A stretch of 64,000 nt of DNA from Octopus sinensis (lineage: Eukaryota). The translations under genes were made by a program, and so were the position numbers. This document shows, in pieces, positions 53,313 to 64,000 of this stretch; position 1 is the first letter of the stretch, and every line of letters begins with the position of its first letter. Under the pieces are notes generated by a model. That model was not told the DNA's origin. It saw only the letters and a program-made list of their open reading frames with translations, and made no database searches. The stretch is from the NCBI RefSeq assembly GCF_006345805.1, contig NC_042999.1:101308001-101372000 (forward strand), read 5' to 3'.

Positions 53313-53540
53313 TTAAACTTTTTGATACCAATCCATTTATGACTGATCCTGGTTCCATGATATAAACTTTCTGTTTTAAGGTGATCTAAAATTAAAACTT
53401 TCTATCAAACTTCCATGCTAATTTATGTTACAAATACCAGCTTAAGAAAGACAGAATTATTTTTTTAACTTCATTAATTTCAAAATTAACTGAAACAAAG
53501 GCAATGTATTTCAACTGAAATATGGTAACAAAAGAGTTAA
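53313..53540. mobile_element. TTAA-flanked piggyBac-like MITE
   Basis: Ends ttaaactttttgatacca and tggtaacaaaagagttaa are imperfect inverted repeats including TTAA. Confidence 0.6.
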
Positions 53541-54404
53541 ATGATGAAGTTCTCATTTTAAACATGGTAGGGAAAGGGCCATTTGGATACTCTGTGACAG
53601 AGGCACTTACAAAGACAGGTTAATTATGTATATATTGTAAACTGAACTGTACAGAAAGAATATATCATATACGTTTATACAGTTGCATTGATACAATTTC
53701 AGAAAGAAAAAAAAGCAAAGGTAAAGAAGATAAAAAAAAGAGAGCTAATGACCTGTCAACACAGAATGAAGTAATTAACCTAAATTACCACTGTTGGTAA
53801 CAAAAAAATATGTCTATGTTCAAGTAGGAAAGCATTAAATGTTTAAATGTCAAAATGAATTAAAAATATGAATTTAATGGAAATTTGTAAGAAAAACGAA
53901 TTTTTTATTAAAAGAAAATACTGAACAGAAAACAATGTAATGGATAAATGATTGAAAATTTAAATGCAAGATTATCTTATTAGAAAAATAGGTGAAATGT
54001 TAATAGATAATTATGTCTTACAAATAAAATTATTTGTGTTTTTCAAAATGTTTTTCAAAAACAAAATAATTTTATGACAAATCAAGAAAATAGTTCAAAA
54101 ATAATTTATTTTCAAATAATTCTTTAGAGATCAGAAAATATCTTGATAAGAAAGCTATATCAAATTACAGGAAATAACCTCATGGGGAACAACAGATAGT
54201 ATTGTGAAGAAGAAAAAAAGAATGGATATAAACCAAAACTAAAATTTAAGTACAAAATGATAACAAAATATGGAAGAACTCTGGTGATATTATTTCAATA
54301 TTCTTTTAATTATTCGTCAAAACAATAACTAGACTTACCCTGAGTAATCAATAGCAATATGTGTCAAGGGTGCAAACAGGTAGAAATAAATATTATTTCT
54401 GCAT

Positions 54405-54407
<3 letters not shown>

Positions 54408-54446
<39 letters not shown>

Positions 54447-54609
54447 GTTGTGTACACACAAAAAGATATATATACATATATATAAACTAAATATAAACAA
54501 TCTCTCATGTTTTGTTTTCTGTGTAAGTGCGCATACACATATTTCTGAATATATCTGTGTATGTAACTGTGTGCGTATATACACACAAACATATATACAC
54601 ATATACATA

Positions 54610-54679
<70 letters not shown>

Positions 54680-54705
54680 TTCACATGTTTAAATATACAT
54701 ACACA
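54408..54705. repeat. Compound (TG)n/(TA)n/(CA)n microsatellite
   Basis: Directly visible; long perfect (TA) run at ~54613-54667. Confidence 0.95.
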
Positions 54706-54817
54706 CATGTTTGTTTTTCATATATGGATGACCAAGATTCAATCTTTTATACACAGCAATAATGGAAGATACTCAGCTGAAGGGTGCTTTTTCTTTCCTT
54801 TTACTTTCTTTGTCTTG

Positions 54818-55030
54818 TAAGTTATTTGGCAACCTCACTAGTGCTTGTGTCACAAAAATTAAAATCACCCAGTACATACTGAAATGTGGTTGGTGTTAAA
54901 AAGGGCATCCAACCATTAAAAAAAAAAACCATGTCAGAACCAAACTGAAGCCCAGTGCAGCCCTGCAGGTCATCAGATCCTGTCAAACCATCCAACCTAA
55001 TATTACCATGAAGAAACACATTAAATGATG
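54818..55030 (+). mobile_element. SINE-like element with RTE-type tail
   Basis: Homologous to 44510-44722. Confidence 0.65.
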
Positions 55031-56246
55031 AAGCTTGCTTCCAAACCATAAGGTCTTGAGTTCACTCCCACTGCATGGTACCTTGGGCAAGTATCTTCTG
55101 CTATAGCCCTAGGCTTACATATTTTCACAGAACCCATTAAGTGAGCTTTTATATGGTTGTTCAATCTGCTCAAAATAGCAGCCAAATCTCCCTCAACTTG
55201 CATCCTTTCAATATTTATAAACAGAAAAAGAATACACTAAATAATAGAATCCAAGACATACTCCTCAAAAGACAGCATGGTCAGTGCAGGAATACTTTTG
55301 GTCAGGGGTCTACTCACTCCAGATTAACCTGGGACTAAACAACATACACACTTCTGAACAAAAATGTAACAAAAAATGAAAACTAATCCAATTTACTAGA
55401 ACATGAAAAAACAGATGTTCTCTTCAATATATTTTCACATGGATTTAGAAATACATAGCTAACAGTTTGTTTATGCACTAATCTCTTATTTTTGTTAGAT
55501 CTGGTTTAGTTGATGAGTTCCTTGTATAAATTTAATCATATAGCTTTCACTCACTAAGTCCATCATACAATTAAAACACTTCCTCTAAATATTTTTTCTT
55601 TATAATCCTAGCATTAGATACAATCATTAGAGAACCTTTAAGAATCATTAAAAGTGATTTTAGAGCAACCTCTAATTGTACACATATGCACATAGATACT
55701 GTATAGCTTGATTGGGTGTTTGTGCATATGTAAATGTTTGTATATTTGTGTGCATGTGTATATGCATGTACATTTGTATGCATCTGTGTACACATGCACA
55801 CATATTCACACACTCACATATATACATACATACACACACAAACAAACACACACATATATATATACATACATACATATGTGAAGGCATGTGGTCTAGTGGT
55901 TAGGATGTTGCGCTGATGATTGCTAGATCATGGGTTCAATTTCTGGACTATGTAGCATGTAGTTTTGAGCAAAACACTTCATTTCACATTGCTCTAGTGA
56001 GTGGGAGAGTACCAGAATCAATGGCATGTTACCAGAGATGCTTTACAGTATATCTCCTGGCTTTCTAAATTCTGAGTTCAAATCATACCTGCCTAGAGAA
56101 GGCAATGGGAAACCACTCTAATATTCATCTCATGTCTAGTCATGGACAGCTGTAGTTTCAGTAGTTTACTTAACAGTGGCTGGGGAGGGTATAGACCCTC
56201 TCAGATTGTATAGAGTGCTGGAGAAGGTAGCATGCACAGCACCTGT

Positions 56247-56322
56247 CCAAGGGCAGACCACCACAAGACTTGACATACATATGTACATATGTATGTCAAG
56301 TCTTGTGGTGGTCTGCCCTTGG
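56247..56322. repeat. Perfect 76-bp palindrome with no spacer
   Basis: ccaagggcagaccaccacaagacttgacatacatatgt|acatatgtatgtcaagtcttgtggtggtctgcccttgg; 38/38 bp complementary. Confidence 0.97.
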
Positions 56323-57633
56323 GCAAAAACTTGCTCTGCAACCATGTGCTTTCAGCTTCAGCCCTACTACATGACACTGAACAATTGTCTTCTACTATAG
56401 TCCCAGACTGACAAATAACTTGTAAGTATATTTAGTAAATAGAAACTGCAAAAAAGCCCTCATATGTATGTATGCATGTATATACATATATGTAGACATG
56501 TACGTATGTATGTGTGTGCGTGTGTGCATGTGTATGTGTGCACGCGTGCATGCACTTACTTTTTAATGTTAGTCTCTCATCAGTTGGTAACCAATGTTAC
56601 TTTATTAGCATCCAAGTAACTTAGTATAACAAAAAGAAAATGATAGAATAAGTACAGACTTTATGGCCCTGAAAGGTAATTTTATTGACTCTGAAATGAT
56701 GAGAAGGCAAAGTCAACCTCAGCTGGATTTTAAACTTAGAACATAAAAACAGACAAAATGCTGCTAAGCTAACGACTCTGCCAGATCACCAGCTTCATAA
56801 TAATAATAATCCAAATAAATATAAAGGAATTGGCCTAAAGCTTGTGAATCCTCCTCTAATAAACAATTAAGGAATACTTATGATCATTAAATTGAAGTTG
56901 TCATCATTGACAATTTTAGTTATAAATCTGTCAATTGTGTTAACACTTTATTCTAGTGCAGATCAAGCACTGCATTGCACAAAATCTTTGTGATTTTAAG
57001 ATTCAGATTTTCTAACAAAATTAATGTCATTAATAAAGACTGATGAACTAAGATTATTTAGCCAGAAAGCAAACAAAAAAAAAAGGAACCCTTTAAATCT
57101 ATAGTTGTCAAATAATCACCAAAAGTAGTTTTTGCATTAAAGAAATTAGATCCCTTACACACCTACAAGTCTTCTGAATAACAGTGAGTCTGAAACTGGA
57201 GAATAAATGAAGTCTTATTAATAAATGTTCTGCTATGAAGACACCAGCCCAAACTTTGAAAGCTAGAAGCTTCTGAAAAATCAATATTCAATAAAGGACT
57301 GAACTTCGCTTCTACTATTAATTTCTCTCATTTCTTACAAGATTGCTGTTCTAAAGAGTAGACCTAATCAGTAATAATATTTCGTTATGTAACTATCTGT
57401 CTACCTGTGCACATTTCACTACCACTCTATGAGAATTACAGAGAATATCAACCATATAAGATTAAATGGCTATTTCTTCACAAACTTTCATACAAGTTAT
57501 TTCATTTATGGAAGGTTACATTTTAAAATAGCATCATTTAAGTTGCTTTTATTGTTGTAGATGTAGTTTAACCCCAAGTGAAACCTGATCATGATATAAA
57601 GTTTTTCATTAGAGACATGAGCATTTTGTCTTT

Positions 57634-57805
57634 TTAACTCTTTAGCATTAAGATTATTCTGTTAAACATAATGTTTGTTTATTCACATCATTTTGAATTA
57701 ATCATGCATTATCTCAGAGCTTCAAGATTTCAATGATGTGATCATTTATTTATAGAATGACATTGTAGGGTAGGTGTGAGAGACTGGATCTGGCAGCTAT
57801 TTTTA
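57634..57805 (+). mobile_element. Truncated TTAA-type MITE
   Basis: Starts ttaactctttagcatt, a terminus similar to the 53313 element; the right end is missing. Confidence 0.4.
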
Positions 57806-58654
57806 GCAATTTAGATGACTGTGCAAAATCTCCCTCATTAAATTATAATCCGGATTATATTTCACAGTTTGTTCAATTTAAACATTTTGTTGTTTAAAGA
57901 AAATATTTTGCAAAGCTTTTCAGAGCAGTGTAGCAAGAGTTAATACACATATTAAAAGAATACATAACAAGAATATCTAACCCATTAGCAACTAATTTTT
58001 GGAATTTAAAATCTAATTGAGATAAAACGTAAACTAATTTCACAAGAAACTGATGTTATTTTCTTTTAATGTACATTAAACTCTGATATTTACATTTGTT
58101 ACCTAAAACAATTTTAATCTGAAGAGATTTCTAAAACCAGTTCTTTACAGGAATTCATTCAATGATTTTGTTTATTTATTTCCTTTTCAAATATTTAAAT
58201 TTGCTTTATTAGAATTTAATACCTTTGGTGTTACAAAAAATAGAAATGGTGAAATAATTGCAAAATTATAAAGAAGTAAAATAAAAGTTTAAAAAAGACA
58301 TGCATTTTGCTAGAGATTACTTGAATTCAACAATGATTCAATGAGTTTGTTGAACTGGAAACTGAAGTAGCTTAAATATGGTTAAGTACAAAGTGTAGTA
58401 AAAACATTTTTAGTTCTTAATAAAAAGAGTCTGATATCTAAACTCATAGATTGATCATCCACAGGCAAAAGCTGGGAATGCTATATTAAGAAAGTAATTT
58501 ATGAGTGTGAAGATCTCACTTCTATGTGATCATTACTTGCTTTATAAGCATAAAAAGTAAACCATTAGTAAGGTGTGAACACAAAAGTTACTGGACAGAG
58601 TAAGAATGTTGAAGATTTTATTGGATTAGTGTAAGAATGTTCAAGATTTTATCT

Positions 58655-58850
58655 TTGACATTCTTTTAACTGTTTCAGCCACTGGACTACGGCCATGCTG
58701 GATCACTACCCAGAAGGGTTTTTAGTCAAACTAATCTACCCCAGTACTTATTCTATTGGTCTCTTTTGTCAAAGTGCTAAGTTACAGAGACATAAACCAA
58801 CCAGCACAGTTTATCAAGTGATAGTGGGAGACAAAAGGTACACACATAAA
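58655..58850 (-). mobile_element. SINE family A, 3' half
   Basis: tgtttcagccactggactacggccatgctgg...ttattctattggtctcttttg. Confidence 0.75.
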
Positions 58851-58879
58851 TATATATATGTATATCTCTTGTATTTTTT

Positions 58880-59480
58880 AATTGTAAATCTTCCACTGAG
58901 GAGGGAGCCAGTTTCCAACAAAGATACAAGGCTCCATCTTTGGGGTGTAGTTAACACAAACAAATTCACATTTGGAACTTGAGAAAAGTCTTGCATATTT
59001 TTACTATTCCACTCAGATTGCACTTGTAATGTACGAATCAGGCAGTCAATTTCTTTTTCGGAAGATCCCAGTTTATCCAGATTCTCCTTTAAGCATTTAC
59101 AAACAAAACCTAGAACTCCAGTTATTATTGGTACGAATATGAATTCATAGTCTGGATATAGAAGCTGGAAGTTTCAAAGCAGTTTTATACCTGCAGGGCA
59201 GTTGACCTCTGACAGTACAGACATTTACCCCTCTATCCCAAACAACAATATCTGGCATATTATGTTTACATTTGACAGAGGTTTTGATGGAATATTCCAC
59301 CAGTATTCCTTGAGTTTTTTTTTATGCATGTATTCCATAACAGAGGGATTTTGTAAGTTTGGGTGGGGACATTTGCTCCCTTGTTCAAGGTATAAAGATG
59401 CAGTTGTGCATCAGTAATCAGTTGGAAAAACTGTTTTCCTGGAGCTAAAAAATGTAGTAACATCATCCTAATCAGGACTG
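58880..59480 (-). mobile_element. RLE-type (R4/NeSL-like) non-LTR retrotransposon 3' remnant
   Basis: Minus strand YWWNIP...HNMPDIVVWDRG...(PD-D/ExK-type start) and LQLLYPDYEFIFVPIITGVLG...ENLDKLG...LIRTLQVQ, then a 3' UTR with A-rich end. Confidence 0.75.
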
Positions 59481-61849
59481 CCACTTTACATTGGCAAATA
59501 GATTTTACTCTGTAGTACTGTTACAACTTAATTCTCACTCACTAATTGTTTTCCTCCATATATAACTAATTGTTTCTTACTTAAGTGGAAAGCCAGTAAT
59601 CTTATGGATAGAGGGTTAGTTGATACAATTGTCCCTAGCATTTGACACTGTACTTTATCTTATCAACCTGGAAGGATAAATGGTAAAGTTAACCTTGGCA
59701 AGATTTGAACTCAGAATATTAAGAGCCAGAACAAATACAGCATTTCTTCCAACATTCTTCCAATTCTGCCAGCTTGTCAATAAGTCATAATTGATACAAA
59801 GATATAAATGATACTAGGACAAGAACATTTCAGAGGAATGGACATTTGTCATATCCTGTCAAATCATCCAATCCATACCAACATGAAACATGGATTTTAA
59901 ATCATGATGGTAATAATAATGGTACATACAGAAAGACAAAGAAAATTTTATGTAGCAATATAAAAGAATCTACTGTGTATGTGTGCTTCTACATACATAC
60001 ATGCATGCATACAACATACAATACACACACACATATACATACATATGTACATTTAAATAAATTGTTGAACAATAAAATTTATTATTCCATATATTAATGG
60101 TAGCCATGTTATAAAATCTGACATCACTTATGTGAATGTGCTATTGTCAAATTAATGCACATACTTTCCAAACTATTTTAAAAGGTAAACTATACAAGTA
60201 AAGACAAATATGAATTTTGACTACAGATATTGACTTAAAATCAATATAAAACTAGTTGTAATCTATTATTAGACACATTGTCTTCTAGTCTTTTTTTGTA
60301 AACTTCCCAGCTTGTAATGTCAAGAAATAATGAAACAGTTGATTCATTCAACATCATAAGTATTTTATCATTTAATAAGTGGCACTTGTTTTTTAAATGA
60401 TGTAATAAATTAACTAATTATAAATTTAAGTAGAAAATATTAGCATAGTCGGCTAAATCAGGTATTTTTAGTTATATTAAACTATTGACTTTTATGACAA
60501 ATACAAGATTTCTTTGTATTTGTATGCAGAAAATTGATTTCTAACATAGACACAAGGGAAAGGGAATGCTCAAAGCTATTTTATTATTAATGCTTAATTT
60601 GTAAATTGAGATTGCAGTGGGGCAACTTTGCCTTTCATTCTCCTAAGAGTGATAAAATAAGCACCAATTAATTATAGGAAGAGACTGGGGTCTATCTAAT
60701 TATCTATACCTGACCCAAAAATATGTGGTCTTGAGCCTATATCAGAAATCATTATTTGGTTTTAACCAACAAAGAATAAAAAGCATTGCCAACACGATTT
60801 GAACCTGGAACAGTTAGTTGATAAAGGTTACTGAGGCAATTGTCTCCCTCATTTTTATTATTTGTAATTTTATTGAAATCTATATTATAGTTTATTCACC
60901 TAAAAAAAAAAAATGAAAATAAAAACTACATTAGTTTCAGGCAAAATATTCAATTTGAAACATTGATATATATTCAAAACAACTTCATGAAAAATACCTA
61001 ACAATAGTTTGAACAAGAAATAACTTTTTTCTTTATTTTTTTTTTTCGTGGGGGGAATATCATTGAGCCTACTGATTCAGTAAATACTTAAACAGTAAAA
61101 ATAAATGAATATTGTAGAATTTTCTGAGATAAAAAAAAAATGTTTTTCTTCTATTTCTTTCCAAAATTAAAAAGGTAATGAAAACTATTTGCATCAAAGA
61201 AGGCCAACATTACGCTTGGAATTAAACAATATGTTTATATGTATGAAGAAATAAAGATATGAATATATATGAATCATCAAAACATTAATTTTTTCTTTTT
61301 TTTTCATTCTAATATGGGTTAGTGGGGGGTGTCTGCATAGATATATATACACATATATCTATGTATATGTAGATAAATAAATGAGGTAAAATATGTTTAT
61401 AAATAGATGTGAGTATGTTTACAGATAGAAAGATATGAATGTGCGCATATATAGTTATGAATATGTGTACAAACAAATAGTTATGAAAGCATGTATAAAT
61501 AAAAAGATATGAATGTATATAGAAATTGATAGATATAACTACATAGAGAGAAAAATGTGTAATAGGGATAGATAAACAAAGACAGAGAAAATCATTTTAG
61601 AGAACTGAAAACAGATCACATGAAAGCAGACAATCACATATTCTATAGCAAACAAGCCAAATTTTGCAGAAAGATGTATAACTGTCATTATACTGAGAAT
61701 TCAAAACTTATATTTTTGCTGCATCTTTCAAATGATAGAATGACAAGAAAACAATGGTTAATGTTTGTCCTGACAAACTGATGACTTTAAGTGTGATATC
61801 CAGCAACAGAGTATTTCAGATATTATCAAAGTCATGATAACTGGTATCA

Positions 61850-62060
61850 GCATCCTCATCAACATTTTAACATCCATTTTTCTATGTTGGCATATATTGG
61901 ACAGCTCTACTTATACAACATGATATCATTCATCTTGACCTTTTCTCATCTCATCTGTTAATACCAAGCTTTTTCTGAAATCTGACTTCATGACATCTTC
62001 CCAGGTTTTATTCAGTTTGAAAATCAGAAAAGGAAAGCATCTCCTCCCTTTCCCTCATCA
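61850..62060 (-). mobile_element. RTE LINE 3' end remnant
   Basis: Minus strand aaaacctgggaagatgtcatgaagtcagat (KTWEDVMKSD)...aacatagaaaaatggatgttaaaatgttgatgaggatg. Confidence 0.5.
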
Positions 62061-62364
62061 TCCCTATCAAATCTGTGCATTTGTTTGTTGATATCTATGT
62101 CTTTTTTTTTTCGCCTTTTTGTTTCACATGCTAGAAAATATATAAAATTGAGAGTTGTTTTACAGACAGATGCCTTCCTTGACATCAACTCTTACCTGTT
62201 TTTCAAGTAAGGGATCTCTTATTCAAAAATTCTTCAAAAATGCATAGACAGCAAATGATTTGTTGACAAGGAAATAAATGACAACTAGCTCAGCACTTAT
62301 TCATGCAAAGTGTGCAAAATGTAACATTTGCATTGACACAAACACACACACACACATGTACATC

Positions 62365-62538
62365 CATACATACATACATTAATTGGTTTCACAGTTTTCA
62401 TCTACTAAATGTACTCATAAGGTATTGGTTGACCCAGGGTTGCAGTAGAAGATACTTGCTCAAGGTGCCATGCAGTGGAACTGAACTTGAAAACACATGG
62501 TTGAGAAGCAAACTCTTTAACCACTCAGCCATGCCTAT
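62365..62538 (-). mobile_element. SINE family A, 5' half
   Basis: cttgctcaaggtgccatgcagtggaactgaac...aaccactcagccatgcct. Confidence 0.8.
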
Positions 62539-62999
62539 GCCCATAAATTACAAAAAGGTCTACAATAAAAAAACATAGTTTGTGGAAGATTTTACAAGAC
62601 AAAATAGTTCAAGGAAGAACTAACTAAACTTTGAGTATTTTGTCTGGTAGAAATTATTCCTCCTAAGAATAGTAAAAAAAATATTATCAGATGGAATATG
62701 GGATGTTTTATCACAAGAATTGTGGAATAATAAGAAAGTAATGTTTGAGTTTTGCTAGCTTCCAATAACTTTCCTACGTCTCTATTACTGAAGGTTACTG
62801 TTGCTGTTTAGCTTTAAATCAGTCCTGAGAGAACAGGCTATGATGAAATACATTCCAAACATGATCATGTGGTCATCTGTTTTCATTTATAATGTATCTA
62901 GGTAAATATTATCAAATGTGCCATTTCTTTCTTTTGAGTCGCGTGTTATGAGGGAGAATTTGAATTCTATCTTAAGTAGAGTGAGTGGCTACATAGATC

Positions 63000-63680
63000 C
63001 TTATTGGCTCTATGAGTACCATGCAAGTCTTTTGGTTAGAACTGATGAGATGCAGTTGATGTGACACATGTCAAAGAAAGTCTCCAACTGATTCATTTCA
63101 GCAGAAAAGTATGTGACACACAAGAGAAACAAAAGGAGGAAAGAGGGATGAAATGAGTAAGTTGGATGGAAGTAACCAAGCTCTAAGTTGTACAAGAGCC
63201 AATACAGTGAAAAGCGGGAAAGCATCATCAACACATGCTGCAACAAAGAGAGCTCACTAGAAGCTTCCAATCCATATTGTTAAGCAGAGAGCTATAATAC
63301 ACTAGAGAGAGTTGACAGTTTTGTTTAGGTCAAGAGCAACAAGTTTGTTCTCAACAAAATTCTCAAAACAAGATATCATTAGTGTGTCATATAGGAAAGA
63401 TTTCCAGTCAATTTATTGCCGCAGCAAACCTACAAGGAATAAAGGAGAAAAAACATTTATAACCATTTCTATGACTTTATATGGTATAGGAAAGACAGCA
63501 TGGTGTAGGAAACAGAACTCTATTAAGCAGAGAGAGAAGATATGGGATACTGCTGTATATGTGTAAAGTAAGGGTCCAGGTAGGGGATCAGCTAGGGAGC
63601 ACACTGTTTAAGAGCAATGGCTGGGATGCAATCTGGATTATCTTGTTCGATTTAATTGACCAGGATAGTCTGCATTACTC
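63000..63680 (-). pseudogene. CR1-type reverse transcriptase remnant
   Basis: Minus strand PDCIPAIALKQCAP*..., HAVFPIPYK, LVALDLNKTV (VALD.SKAFD-like), V.DD.LS, LLFLL; many disablements. Confidence 0.7.
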
Positions 63681-64000
63681 ACGTAGCTGTCTTCAATGGG
63701 AATGAAATATATTTGTTGGCAAAACATCAGCATGGAATTGGCAGAGCTTAGATCAATTAACCAATTTGAAATAACAGGGAATTTGTGAAATAGGGAATGT
63801 GTACTATAATGAGGCAGAATGAGATGTGGTGATTAAGCAGTCATCAGATGAAACTATGGATACTGAACGTGATATTTTAAAATAACTAATAACACTGACA
63901 GAGAATTTAGTCACTCAAATTATACATAAATAGCATGAAAATTCCTATAAGTGGGTAAGTATTTGTATTTGTTGTTTTATCTCAGTGTAAGTCTGACAGG

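Noticed and set aside
58599-58651. 22-bp direct repeat with a 9-bp spacer (also 15-16-bp duplications near 49698 and 52875)
   Set aside because: Only two units each with no spacer array or cas genes; these are ordinary slippage duplications, not CRISPR.
60497-60523. 10-bp perfect hairpin, plus similar short ones near 26540, 29095, 31661 and 46697
   Set aside because: Stems of 8-10 bp are expected by chance in 64 kb of AT-rich DNA.
63030-63085. ctgatga...gaaa hammerhead-like spacing
   Set aside because: It lies in the antisense of CR1 RT coding sequence and lacks stems I and III.

Overview
AT-rich, CpG-poor, microsatellite-dense animal nuclear DNA. The SINE repertoire resembles octopus repeats as I recall them, so an octopod source is an inference. 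I recognised no intact host gene, rRNA, true tRNA or CRISPR array; the window reads as intronic or intergenic. Most ORF-track entries are translations of simple repeats or transposon remnants. It holds a dense fossil record: at least four SINE-like families, RTE, CR1 and R4/Dong-like LINE fragments, a Penelope element with GIY-YIG and a degenerate hammerhead ribozyme, a Gypsy gag-protease remnant, a hAT element, two mariners and several MITEs. The most notable structures are a ~555-bp inverted duplication (2854-5515), a TAA-targeting element fused to an R4-type ORF end, an RTE with a twin-priming-like 5' inversion, a mariner built from two 5' ends, and a perfect 76-bp palindrome. Family names come from motif recognition by eye, not database searches, and boundaries of decayed elements are approximate.
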